This document shows positions 1 through 14,510 of a stretch of 64,000 nt of DNA, one piece after another; the first letter of the stretch is position 1, and each line of letters starts with the position of its first letter. Position numbers and translations under genes: made by a program. A model generated the notes under the pieces. The model saw only the letters and a program-made list of their open reading frames with translations. It was not told where the DNA came from and did no database searches. The stretch is from contig OZ024743.1 of the NCBI GenBank assembly GCA_964016885.1, positions 186,310,001 through 186,374,000 on the forward strand. Reading direction: 5' to 3'. The DNA comes from Eledone cirrhosa (Eukaryota).

Positions 1-3000
1 TTAATGGTAGTGTTTCACTCCTAAGTCAGTTCTAACTACTATATCTATAACATAGTATAACAGTAATAATTGATGGTAGTGTTCCACTCCTAAGTCAGCT
101 CTAACTACTATATCTATAACATAGTATAACAGTAATAACTGATGGTAGTGTTTCACCCCTAAGTCAGCTCTAACTACTATATCTATAACATAGTATAACA
201 GTAATAATTGATGGTAGTGTTTCACTCCTAAGTCAGCTGTGACTACTATATCTATAACATGGTATAACAGTAATAACTGATGGTAGTGTTTCACTCCTAG
301 GTCAGCTCTAACTACTATATCTATAACATAGTATAACAGTAATAATTGATGGTAGTGTTTCACTCCTAAGTCAGCTCTAACTACTATATCTATAACATAG
401 TATAACAGTAATAATTGATGGTAGTGTTTCACTCCTAAGTCACCTCTAACTACTATATCTATAACATAGTATAACAGTAATAATTGATGGTAGTGTTTCA
501 CTCCTAAGTCACCTCTAACTACTATATCTATAACATAGTATAACAGTAATAATTGATGGTAGTGTTTCACTCCTAAGTCACCTCTAACTACTATATCTAT
601 AACATAGTATAACAGTAATAATTGATGGTAGTGTTTCACTCCTAGATCAGCTCTGACTACTATATCTATAACATAGTATAACAGTAATAATTGATGGTAG
701 TGTTTCACTCCTAAGTCAGCTCTAACTACTATATCTATAACATAGTATAACAGTAATAATTGATGGTAGTGTTTCACTCCTAAGTCAGCTCTAACTACTA
801 TATCTATAACATAGTATAACAGTAATAATTGATGGTAGTGTTTCACTCCTAGGTTAGCTCTAACTACTATATCTATAACATAGTATAACAGTAATTATTT
901 GATGGTAGTGTTTCACTCCTAAGTCAGCTCTAACTACTATATCTATAACATAGTATAACAGTAATAATTGATGGTAGTGTTTCACTCCTAAGTTAGCTCT
1001 AACTACTATATCTATAACATAGTATAACAGTAATAATTGATGGTACTGTTTCACTCCTAAGTCAGCTCTAACTACAATATCTATAACATAGTATAACAGT
1101 AATAATTGATGGTAGTGTTTCACTCCTAGGTCTGCTCTAACTACTATATCTATAACATAGTATAACAGTAATAATTGATGGTAGTGTTTCACTCCTAGGT
1201 CAGCTCTAACTACTATATCTATAACATAGTATAAAAGTAATAATTGATGGTAGTGTTTCACTCCTAAGTCAGCTCTAACTACTATATCTATAACATAGTA
1301 TAACAGTAATAATTGATGGTAGTGTTTCACTGCTAGGTCAGCTCTGACTACTATATCTATAACATAGTATAACAGTAATAATTGATGGTAGTGTTTCACT
1401 CCTAAGTCAGATCTAACTACTATATCTATAACATAGTATAACAGTAATAATTGATGGTAGTGTTTCACTCCTAAGTCAGCACTAACTACTATATCTATAA
1501 CATAGTATAACAGTAATAATTGATGGTAGTGTTTCACTCCTAGGCCAGCTCTGACTACTATATCTATAACATAGTATAACAGTAATAATTGATGGTAGTG
1601 TTTCATTCCTAGTTCAGCTCTAACTACTATATCTATAACATAGTATAACAGTAATAATTGATGGTAGTGTTTCACTGCTAAGTCAGCTCTAACTACTTTA
1701 TCTATAACATAGTATAACAGTAATAATTGATGGTAGTGTTTCACTGCTAAGTCAGCTCTAACTACTATATCTATAACATAGTATAACAGTAATAATTGAT
1801 GGTAGTGTTTCACTGCTAAGTCAGCTCTAACTACTATATCTATAACATAGTATAACAGTAATAATTGATGGTAGTGTTTCACTGCTAAGTCAGCTCTAAC
1901 TACTATATCTATAACATAGTATAACAGTAATAATTGATGGTAGTGTTTCACTGCTAAGTCAGCTCTAACTACTTTATCTATAACATAGTATAACAGTAAT
2001 AATTGATGGTAGTGTTTCACTGCTAAGTCAGCTCTAACTACTATATCTATAACATAGTATAACAGTAATAATTGAAGGTAGTGTTTCACTGCTAAGTTAG
2101 CTCTAACTACTATATCTATAACATAGTATAACAGTAATAATTGATGGTAGTGTTTCACTGCTAAGTCAGCTCTAACTACTATATCTATAACATAGTATAA
2201 CAGTAATAATTGATGGTAGTGTTTCACTGCTAAGTCAGCTCTAACTACTATATCTATAACATAGTATAACAGTAATAATTGATGGTAGTGTTTCACTCCT
2301 AGGTCAGCTCTGACTACTATATCTATAACATATTATAACAGTAATAACTGTTGGTAGTGTTTCACTTCTAAGTCAGCTGTAACTACTATATCTATAACAT
2401 AGTATAACAGTAATAATTGATGGTAGTGTTTCACTCCTAATCAGCTCTAACTACTATATCTATAACATAGTATAACAGTAATAATTGATGGTAGTGTTAC
2501 ACTCCTAGGTCAGCTCTAACTACTATATCTATAACATAGTATAACAGTAATAATTAATGGTAGTGTTTCATTCCTAAGTCAGCTCTGACTACTATATCTA
2601 TAACATAGTATAACAGTAATAATTAATGGTAGTGTTTCACTCCTAAGTCAGCTCTGACTACTATATCTATAACATAGTATAACAGTAATAATTGATGGTA
2701 GTGTTTCACTCCTAGGTCAGCTCTAACTACTATATCTATAACATAGTATAACAGTAATAATTAATGGTAGTGTTTTCCTCCTAAGTCAGCTCTAACTACT
2801 ATATCTATAACATAGTATAACAGTAATAATTAATGGTAGCGTTTCACTCCTAAGTCAGCTCTGACTACTATATCTATAACATAGTATAACAGTAATAATT
2901 GATGGTAGTGTTTCACTCCTAGATCAGCACTAACTACTATATCTATAACATAGTATAACAGTAATAATTGATGGTAGTGTTTCACTCCTAAGTCACCTCT

Positions 3001-6000
3001 ATCTACTATATATATAACATAGTATAACAGTAATAATTGATGGAAGTGTTTCACTCCTAAGTCAGCTCTAACTACTATATCTATAACACAGTATAACAGT
3101 AATAATTGATGGTAGTGTTTTACTCCTAAGTCAGCTCTAACTACTATATCTATAACATAGTTTAACAGTAATAATTGATGGTAGTGTTTTACTACTAAGT
3201 CAGCTCTAACTACTTTATCTATAACATAGTATAACAGTAATAATTAAATTTAGTGTTTCATTCCTAAATCAGCTCTGACTACTATATCTATAACATAGTA
3301 TAACAGTATTAATTGATGGTAGTGTTTCACTTCTAGGTCAGCTCTGACTACTATATCTATAACATAGTATAACAGTAATAATTGATGGTAGTGTTTCACT
3401 TCTAGGTCAGCTCTGACTACTATATCTATAACATAGTATAACAGTAATAATTGATGGTAGTGTTTCACTCCTAGGTCTGCTCTAACTACTATATCTATAA
3501 CATAGTATAACAGTAATAATTGATGGTAGTGTTTCACTCCTAAGTCAGCTCTAACTACTATATCTATAACACAGTATAACAGTAATAATTGATGGTAGTG
3601 TTTCACTCTTAGGCCAGCTCTAACTACTATATCTATAACATAGTATAACAGGAATAATTGATGGTAGTTTTTCCCTCCTGAGTCAGCTCTAACTACTATA
3701 TCTATAACATAGTATAACAGTAATAACTTTTGGTAGTGTTTCACTCCTAGGTCAGCTCTAACTACTATATCTATAACATAGTATAAAAGTAATAATTGAT
3801 GGTAGTGTTTCACTCCTAAGTCAGCTCTAACTACTATATCTATAACATAGTATAACAGTAATAATTGATGGTAGTGTTTCACTCCTAATTCAGATCTAAC
3901 TACTATATCTATAACATAGTATAACAGTAATAATTGATGGTAGTGTTTCACTCCTAAGTCAGCACTAACTACTATATCTATAACATAGTATAACAGTAAT
4001 TATTGATGGTAGTGTTTCACTCCTAGGCCAGCTCTGACTACTATATCTATAACATAGTATAACAGTAATAATTGATGGTAGTGTTTCATTCCTAGGTCAG
4101 CTCTAACTACTATATCTATAACATAGTATAACAGTAATAATTGATGGTAGTGTTTCACTGCTAAGTCAGCTCTAACTACTTTATCTATAACATAGTATAA
4201 CAGTAATAATTGATGGTAGAGTTTCACTGCTAAGTCAGCTCTAACTACTATATCTATAACATAGTATAACAGTAATAATTGATGGTAGTGTTTCACTGCT
4301 AAGTCAGCTCTAACTACTATATCTATAACATAGTATAACAGTAATAATTGATGGTAGTGTTTCACTGCTAAGTCAGCTCTAACTACTATATCTATAACAT
4401 AGTATAACAGTAATAATTGATGGTAGTGTTTCACTCCTAGGTCAGCTCTGACTACTATATCTATAACATATTATAACAGTAATAACTGTTGGTAGTGTTT
4501 AACTTCTAAGTCAGCTGTAACTACTATATCTATAACATAGTATAACAGTAATAATTGATGGTAGTGTTTCACTCCTAATCAGCTCTAACTACTATATCTA
4601 TAACATAGTATAACAGTAATAATTGATGGTAGTGTTACACTCCTAGGTCAGCTCTAACTACTATATCTATAACATAGTATAACAGTAATAATTAATGGTA
4701 GTGTTTCATTCCTAAATCAGCTCTGACTACTATATCTATAACATAGTATAACAGTAATAATTAATGGTAGTGTTTCACTCCTAAGTCAGCTCTGAATACT
4801 ATATCTATAACATAGTATAACAGTAATAATTGATGGTAGTGTTTCACTCCTAGGTCAGCTCTAACTACTTTATCTATAATATAGTATAACAGTAATAATT
4901 AAATTTAGTGTTTCACTCCTAAATCAGCTCTGACTACTATATCTATAACATAGTATAACAGTATTAATTGATGGTAGTGTTTCACTTCTAGGTCAGCTCT
5001 GACTACTATATCTATAACATAGTATAACAGTAATAATTGATGGTAGTGTTTCACTTCTAGGTCAGCTCTGACTACTATATCTATAACATAGTATAACAGT
5101 AATAATTGATGGTAGTGTTTCACTCCTAGGTCTGCTCTAACTACTATATCTATAACATAGTATAACAGTAATAATTGATGGTAGTATTTCACTCCTAAGT
5201 CAGCTCTAACTACTATATCTATAACACAGTATAACAGTAATAATTGATGGTAGTGTTTCACTCTTAGGCCAGCTCTAACTACTATATCTATAACATAGTA
5301 TAACAGGAATAATTGATGGTAGTTTTTCCCTCCTGAGTCAGCTCTAACTACTATATCTATAACATAGTATAACAGTAATAACTGTTGGTAGTGTTTCACT
5401 CCTAGGTCAGCTCTAACTACTATATCTATAACATAGTATAAAAGTAATAATTGATGGTAGTGTTTCACTCCTAAGTCAGCTCTAACTACTATATCTATAA
5501 CATAGTATAACAGTAATAATTGATGGTAGTGTTTCACTCCTAAGTCAGCACTAACTACTATATCTATAACATAGTATAACAGTAATAATTGATGGCAGTG
5601 TTTCACTGCTAGGCCAGCTCTGGCTACTATATCTATAACATAGTATAACAGTAATAATTGATGGTAGTGTTTCATTCCTAGGTCAGCTCTAACTACTATA
5701 TGTATAACATAGTATAACAGTAATAATTGAAGGTAGTGTTTCACTGCTAAGTCAGCTCTAACTACTTTATCTATAACATAGTATAACAGTAATAATTGAT
5801 GGTAGTGTTTCACTGCTAAGTCAGCTCTAACTACTATATCTATAACATAGTATAACAGTAATAATTGATGGTAGTGTTTCACTGCTAAGTCAGCTCTAAC
5901 TACCATATCTATAACATAGTATAACAGTAATAATTGATGGTAGTGTTTCACTGCTAAGTCAGCTCTAACTACTATATCTATAACATAGTATAACAGTAAT

Positions 6001-7289
6001 AATTGATGGTAGTGTTTCACTGCTAAGTCAGCTCTAACTACTATATCTATAACATAGTATAACAGTAATAATTGATGGTAGTGTTTCACTCCTAGGTCAG
6101 CTCTAACTACTATATCTAAAACATAGTATAACAGTAATAATTAATGGTAGTGTTTTCCTCCTAAGTCAGCTCTAACTACTATATCTATAACATAGTATAA
6201 CAGTAATAAGTAATGGTAGCGTTTCACTTCTAAGTCAGCTCTGACTACTATATCTATAACATAGTATAACAGTAATAATTGATGGTAGTGTTTCACTCCT
6301 AGATCAGCACTAACTACTATATCTATAACATAGTATAACAGTAATAATTGATGGTAGTGTTTCACTCCTAAGTCACCTCTATCTACTATATATATAACAT
6401 AGTATAACAGTAATAATTGATGGTAGTGTTTCACTCCTAAGTCAGCTCTAACTACTATATCTATAACACAGTATAACAGTAATAATTGATGGTAGTGTTT
6501 TACTCCTAAGTCAGCTCTAACTTCTATATCTATAACATAGTATAACAGTATTAATTGATGGTAGTGTTTCACTCCTAGGTCTGCTCTAACTACTATAGCT
6601 ATAACATAGTATAACAGTAATAATTGATGATAGTGTTTCACTCCTAAGTCAGCTCTAACTACTATATCTATAACACAGTATAACAGTAATAATTGATGGT
6701 AGTGTTTCACTCTTAGGCCAGCTCTAACTACTATATCTATAACATAGTATAACAGGAATAATTGATGGTAGTTTTTCCCTCCTGAGTCAGCTCTAACTAC
6801 TATATCTATAACATAGTATAACAGTAATAACTGTTGGTAGTGTTTCACTCCTAGGTCAGCTCTAACTACTATATCTATAACATAGTATAAAATTAATAAT
6901 TGATGGTAGTGTTTCACTCCTAAGTCAGCTCTAACTACTATATCTATAACATAGTATAACAGTAATAATTGATGGTAGTGTTTCACTCCTAAGTCAGATC
7001 TAACTACTATATCTATAACATAGTATAACATTAATAATTGATGGTAGTGTTTCACTCCTAAGTCAGCACTAACTACTATATCTATAACATAGTATAACAG
7101 TAATAATTGATGGTAGTGTTTCACTCCTAGGCCAGCTCTGACTACTATATCTATAACATAGTATAACAGTAATAATTGATGGTAGTGTTTCATTCCTAGG
7201 TCAGCTCTAACTACTATATCAATAACATAGTATAACAGTAATAATTGATGGTAGTGTTTCACTGCTAAGTCAGCTCTAACTACTTTATC

Positions 7290-10200
7290 TATAACATAGT
7301 ATAACAGTAATAATTGATGGTAGTGTTTCACTGCTAAGTCAGCTCTAACTACTATATCTATAACATAGTATAACAGTAATAATTGATGGTAGTGTTTCAC
7401 TGCTAAGTCAGCTCTAACTACTATATCTATAACATAGTATAACAGTAATAATTGATGGTAGTGTTTCACTCCTAGGTCAGCTCTGACTACTATATCTATA
7501 AAATATTATAACAGTAATAACTGTTGGTAGTGTTTCACTTCTAAGTCAGCTGTAACTACTATATCTATAACATAGTATAACAGTAATAATTGATGGTAGT
7601 GTTTCACTCCTAATCAGCTCTAACTACTATATCTATAACATAGTATAACAGTAATAATTGATGGTAGTGTTACACTCCTAGGTCAGCTCTAACTACTATA
7701 TCTATAACATAGTATAACAGTAATAATTAATGGTAGTGTTTCATTCCTAAGTCAGCTCTGACTACTATATCTATAACATAGTATAACAGTAATAATTAAT
7801 GGTAGTGTTTCACTCCTAAGTCAGCTCTGAATACTATATCTATAACATAGTATAACAGTAATAATTGATGGTAGTGTTTCACTCCTAGGTCAGCTCTAAC
7901 TACTATATCTATAACATAGTATAACAGTAATAATTAATGGTAGTGTTTTACTCCTAAGTCAGCTCTAACTACTATATCTATAACATAGTATAACAGTAAT
8001 AATTAATGGTAGCGTTTCACTCCTAAGTCAGCTCTGACTACTATATCTATAACATAGTATAACAGTAATAATTGATGGTAGTGTTTCACTCCTAGATCAG
8101 CACTAACTACTATATCTATAACATAGTATAACAGTAATAATTGATGGTAGTGTTTCACTTCTAGGTCAGCTCTGACTACTATATCTATAACATAGTATAA
8201 CAGGAATAATTGATGGTAGTTTTTCCCTCCTGAGTCAGCTCTAACTACTATATCTATAACATAGTATAACAGTAATAACTGTTGGTAGTGTTTCACTCCT
8301 AGGTCAGCTCTAACTACTATATCTATAACATAGTATAAAATTAATAATTGATGGTAGTGTTTCACTCCTAAGTCAGCTCTAACTACTATATCTATAACAT
8401 AGTATAACAGTAATAATTGATGGTAGTGTTTCACTGCTAAGTCAGCTCTAACTACTTTATCTATAACATAGTATAACAGTAATAATTGATGGTAGTGTTT
8501 CACTGCTAAGTCAGCTCTAACTACTATATCTATAACATAGTATAACAGTAATAATTGATGGTAGTGTTTCACTGCTAAGTCAGCTCTAACTACTATATCT
8601 ATAACATAGTATAACAGTAATAATTGATGGTAGTGTTTCACTGCTAAGTCAGCTGTAACTACTATATCTATAACATAGTATAACAGTAATAATTGATGGT
8701 AGTGTTTCACTCCTAATCAGCTCTAACTACTATATCTATAACATAGTATAACAGTAATAATTGATGGTAGTGTTACACTCCTAGGTCAGCTCTAACTACT
8801 ATATCTATAACATAGTATAACAGTAATAATTAATGGTAGTGTTTCATTCCTAAGTCAGCTCTGACTACTATATCTATAACATAGTATAACAGTAATAATT
8901 AATGGTAGTGTTTCACTCCTAAGTCAGCTCTGAATACTATATCTATAACATAGTATAACAGTAATAATTGATGGTAGTGTTTCACTCCTAGGTCTGCTCT
9001 AACTACTATATCTATAACATAGTATAACAGTAATAATTGATGGTAGTGTTTCACTCCTAAGTCAGCTCTAACTACTATATCTATAACACAGTATAACAGT
9101 AATAATTGATGGTAGTGTTTCACTCTTAGGCCAGCTCTAACTACTATATCTATAACATAGTATAACAGGAATAATTGATGGTAGTTTTTCCCTCCTGAGT
9201 CAGCTCTAACTACTATATCTATAACATAGTATAACAGTAATAACTGTTGGTAGTGTTTCACTCCTAGGTCAGCTCTAACTACTATATCTATAACATAGTA
9301 TAAAAGTAATAATTGATGGTAGTGTTTCACTCCTAAGTCAGATCTAACTACTATATCTATAACATAGTACAACAGTAATAATTGATGGTAGTGTTTCACT
9401 CCTAAGTCAGCACTAACTACTATATCTATAACATAGTATAACAGTAATAATTGATGGTAGTGTTTCACTCCTAGGCCAGCTCTGACTACTATATCTATAA
9501 CATAGTATAACAGTAATAATTGATGGTAGTGTTTCATTCCTAGGTCAGCTCTAACTACTATATCTATAACATAGTATAACAGAATAATTGATGGTAGTGT
9601 TTCACTGCTAAGTCAGCTCTAACTACTTTATCTATAACATAGTATAACAGTAATAATTGATGGTAGTGTTTCACTGCTAAGTCAGCTCTAACTACTATAT
9701 CTAGAACATAGTATAACAGTAATAATTGATGGTAGTGTTTCACTGCTAAGTCAGCTCTAACTACTATATCTATAACATAGTATAACAGTAATAATTGATG
9801 GTAGTGTTTCACTGCTAAGTCAGCTCTAACTACTATATCTATAACATAGTATAACAGTAATAATTGATGGTAGTGTTTCACTCCTAGGTCAGCTCTGACT
9901 ACTATATCTATAACATATTATAACAGTAATAACTGTTGGTAGTATTTCACTTCTAAGTCAGCTGTAACTACTATATCTATAACATAGTATAACAGTAATA
10001 ATTGATGGTAGTGTTTCACTCCTAATCAGCTCTAACTACTATATCTATAACATAGTATAACAGTAATAATTGATGGTAGTGTTACACTCCTAGGTCAGCT
10101 CTAACTACTATATCTATAACATAGTATAACAGTAATAATTAATGGTAGTGTTTCATTCCTAAGTCAGCTCTGACTACTATATCTATAACATAGTATAACA

Positions 10201-13200
10201 GTAATAATTAATGGTAGTGTTTCACTCCTAAGTCAGCTCTGAATACTATATCTATAACATAGTATAACAGTAATAATTGATGGTAGTGTTTCACTCCCAG
10301 GTCAGCTCTAACTACTATATCTATAACATAGTATAACAGTAATAATTAATGGTAGTGTTTTACTCCTAAGTCAGCTCTAACTACTATATCTATAACATAG
10401 TATAACAGTAATAATTAATGGTAGCGTTTCACTCCTAAGTCAGCTCTGACTACTATATCTATAACATAGTATAACAGTAATAATTGATGGTAGTGTTTCA
10501 CTCCTAGATCAGCACTAACTACTATATCTATAACATAGTATAACAGTAATAATTGATGGTAGTGTTTCACTCCTAAGTCACCTCTATCTACTATATATAT
10601 AACATAGTATAACAGTAATAATTGATGGAAGTGTTTCACTCCTAAGTCAGCTCTAACTACTATATCTATAACACAGTATAACAGTAAGAATTGATGGTAG
10701 TATTTCACTCCTAAGTCAGCTCTAACTACTATATCTATAACATAGTATAACAGTAATAATTGATGGTAGTGTTTCACTCCTAGGTCAGCTCTAACTACTA
10801 TATCTATAACATAGTATAACAGTAATAATTGATGGTAGTGTTTTACTCCTAAGTCAGCTCTAACTACTTTATCTATAACATAGTATAACAGTAATAATTG
10901 ATGGTAGTGTTTCACTGCTAAGTCAGCTCTAACTACTATATCTATAACATAGTATAACAGTAATAATTGATGGTAGTGTTTCACTGCTAAGTCAGCTCTA
11001 ACTACTATATCTATAACATAGTATAACAGTAATAATTGATGGTAGTGTTTCACTGCTAAGTCAGCTCTAACTACTATATCTATAACATAGTATAACAGTA
11101 ATAATTGATGGTAGTGTTTCACTCCTAGGTCAGCTCTGACTACTATATCTATAAAATATTATAACAGTAATAACTGTTGGTAGTGTTTCACTTCTAAGTC
11201 AGCTGTAACTACTATATCTATAACATAGTATAACAGTAATAATTGATGGTAGTGTTTCACTCCTAATCAGCTCTAACTACTATATCTATAACATAGTATA
11301 ACAGTAATAATTGATGGTAGTGTTACACTCCTAGGTCAGCTCTAACTACTATATCTATAACATAGTATAACAGTAATAATTAATGGTAGTGTTTCATTCC
11401 TAAGTCAGCTCTGACTACTATATCTATAACATAGTATAACAGTAATAATTAATGGTAGTGTTTCACTCCTAAGTCAGCTCTGAATACTATATCTATAACA
11501 GAGTATAACAGTAATAATTGATGGTAGTGTTTCACTCCTAGGTCAGCTCTAACTACTATATCTATAACATAGTATAACAGTAATAATTAATGGTAGTGTT
11601 TTACTCCTAAGTCAGCTCTAACTACTATATCTATAACATAGTATAACAGTAATAATTAATGGTAGCGTTTCACTCCTAAGTCAGCTCTGACTACTATATC
11701 TATAACATAGTATAACAGTAATAATTGATGGTAGTGTTTCACTCCTAGATCAGCACTAACTACTATATCTATAACATAGTATAACAGTAATAATTGATGG
11801 TAGTGTTTCACTTCTAGGTCAGCTCTGACTACTATATCTATAACATAGTATAACAGGAATAATTGATGGTAGTTTTTCCCTCCTGAGTCAGCTCTAACTA
11901 CTATATCTATAACATAGTATAACAGTAATAACTGTTGGTAGTGTTTCACTCCTAGGTCAGCTCTAACTACTATATCTATAACATAGTATAAAATTAATAA
12001 TTGATGGTAGTGTTTCACTCCTAAGTCAGCTCTAACTACTATATCTATAACATAGTATAACAGTAATAATTGATGGTAGTGTTTCACTGCTAAGTCAGCT
12101 CTAACTACTTTATCTATAACATAGTATAACAGTAATAATTGATGGTAGTGTTTCACTGCTAAGTCAGCTCTAACTACTATATCTATAACATAGTATAACA
12201 GTAATAATTGATGGTAGTGTTTCCCTGCTAAGTCAGCTCTAACTACTATATCTATAACATAGTATAACAGTAATAATTGATGGTAGTGTTTCACCGCTAA
12301 GTCAGCTGTAACTACTATATCTATAACATAGTATAACAGTAATAATTGATGGTAGTGTTTCACTCCTAATCAGCTCTAACTACTATATCTATAACATAGT
12401 ATAACAGTAATAATTGATGGTAGTGTTACACTCCTAGGTCAGCTCTAACTACTATATCTATAACATAGTATAACAGTAATAATTAATGGTAGTGTTTCAT
12501 TTCTAAGTCAGCTCTGACTACTATATCTATAACATAGTATAACAGTAATAATTAATGGTAGTGTTTCACTCCTAAGTCAGCTCTGAATACTATATCTATA
12601 ACATAGTATAACAGTAATAATTGATGGTAGTGTTTCACTCCTAGGTCTGCTCTAACTACTATATCTATAACATAGTATAACAGTAATAATTGATGGTAGT
12701 GTTTCACTCCTAAGTCAGCTCTAACTACTATATCTATAACACAGTATAACAGTAATAATTGATGGTAGTGTTTCACTCTTAGGCCAGCTCTAACTACTAT
12801 ATCTATAACATAGTATAACAGGAATAATTGATGGTAGTTTTTCCCTCCTGAGTCAGCTCTAACTACTATATCTATAACATAGTATAACAGTAATAACTGT
12901 TGGTAGTGTTTCACTCCTAGGTCAGCTCTAACTACTATATCTATAACATAGTATAAAAGTAATAATTGATGGTAGTGTTTCACTCCTAAGTCAGATCTAA
13001 CTACTATATCTATAACATAGTACAACAGTAATAATTGATGGTAGTGTTTCACTCCTAAGTCAGCACTAACTACTATATCTATAACATAGTATAACAGTAA
13101 TAATTGATGGTAGTGTTTCACTCCTAGGCCAGCTCTGACTACTATATCTATAACATAGTATAACAGTAATAATTGATGGTAGTGTTTCATTCCTAGGTCA

Positions 13201-14510
13201 GCTCTAACTACTATATCTATAACATAGTATAACAGAATAATTGATGGTAGTGTTTCACTGCTAAGTCAGCTCTAACTACTTTATCTATAACATAGTATAA
13301 CAGTAATAATTGATGGTAGTGTTTCACTGCTAAGTCAGCTCTAACTACTATATCTAGAACATAGTATAACAGTAATAATTGATGGTAGTGTTTCACTGCT
13401 AAGTCAGCTCTAACTACTATATCTATAACATAGTATAACAGTAATAATTGATGGTAGTGTTTCACTGCTAAGTCAGCTCTAACTACTATATCTATAACAT
13501 AGTATAACAGTAATAATTGATGGTAGTGTTTCACTCCTAGGTCAGCTCTGACTACTATATCTATAACATATTATAACAGTAATAACTGTTGGTAGTTTTT
13601 CACTTCTAAGTCAGCTGTAACTACTATATCTATAACATAGTATAACAGTAATAATTGATGGTAGTGTTTCACTGCTAATCAGCTCTAACTACTATATCTA
13701 TAACATAGTATAACAGTAATAATTGATGGTAGTGTTACACTCCTAGGTCAGCTCTAACTACTATATCTATAACATAGTATAACAGTAATAATTAATGGTA
13801 GTGTTTCATTCCTAAGTCAGCTCTGACTACTATATCTATAACATAGTATAACAGTAATAATTAATGGTAGTGTTTCACTCCTAAGTCAGCTCTGAATACT
13901 ATATCTATAACATAGTATAACAGTAATAATTGATGGTAGTGTTTCACTCCCAGGTCAGCTCTAACTACTATATCTATAACATAGTATAACAGTAATAATT
14001 AATGGTAGTGTTTTACTCCTAAGTCAGCTCTAACTACTATATCTATAACATAGTATAACAGTAATAATTAATGGTAGCGTTTCACTCCTAAGTCAGCTCT
14101 GACTACTATATCTATAACATAGTATAACAGTAATAATTGATGGTAGTGTTTCACTCCTAGATCAGCACTAACTACTATATCTATAACATAGTATAACAGT
14201 AATAATTGATGGTAGTGTTTCACTCCTAAGTCACCTCTATCTACTATATATATAACATAGTATAACAGTAATAATTGATGGAAGTGTTTCACTCCTAAGT
14301 CAGCTCTAACTACTATATCTATAACACAGTATAACAGTAAGAATTGATGGTAGTATTTCACTCCTAAGTCAGCTCTAACTACTATATCTATAACATAGTA
14401 TAACAGTAATAATTGATGGTAGTGTTTCACTCCTAGGTCAGCTCTAACTACTATATCTATAACATAGTATAACAGTAATAATTGATGGTAGTGTTTTACT
14501 CCTAAGTCAG
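7290..14510. repeat. Near-tandem duplication, period 3653 bp (53 monomers minus four 1-bp deletions)
   Basis: Private markers pair at exactly +3653: ATAAAATATT 7498/11151, CTAGAAC 9701/13354, TCACTCCCAG 10291/13944. ORF boundaries pair likewise: 8003/11656, 8899/12552, 9564/13217, 10415/14068. Confidence 0.93.

Noticed and set aside
70-138. Promoter-like TTGATG and TATAAC hexamers in each monomer
   Set aside because: They are not at a 16-18 bp spacing, are expected in AT-rich DNA, and have no downstream gene.
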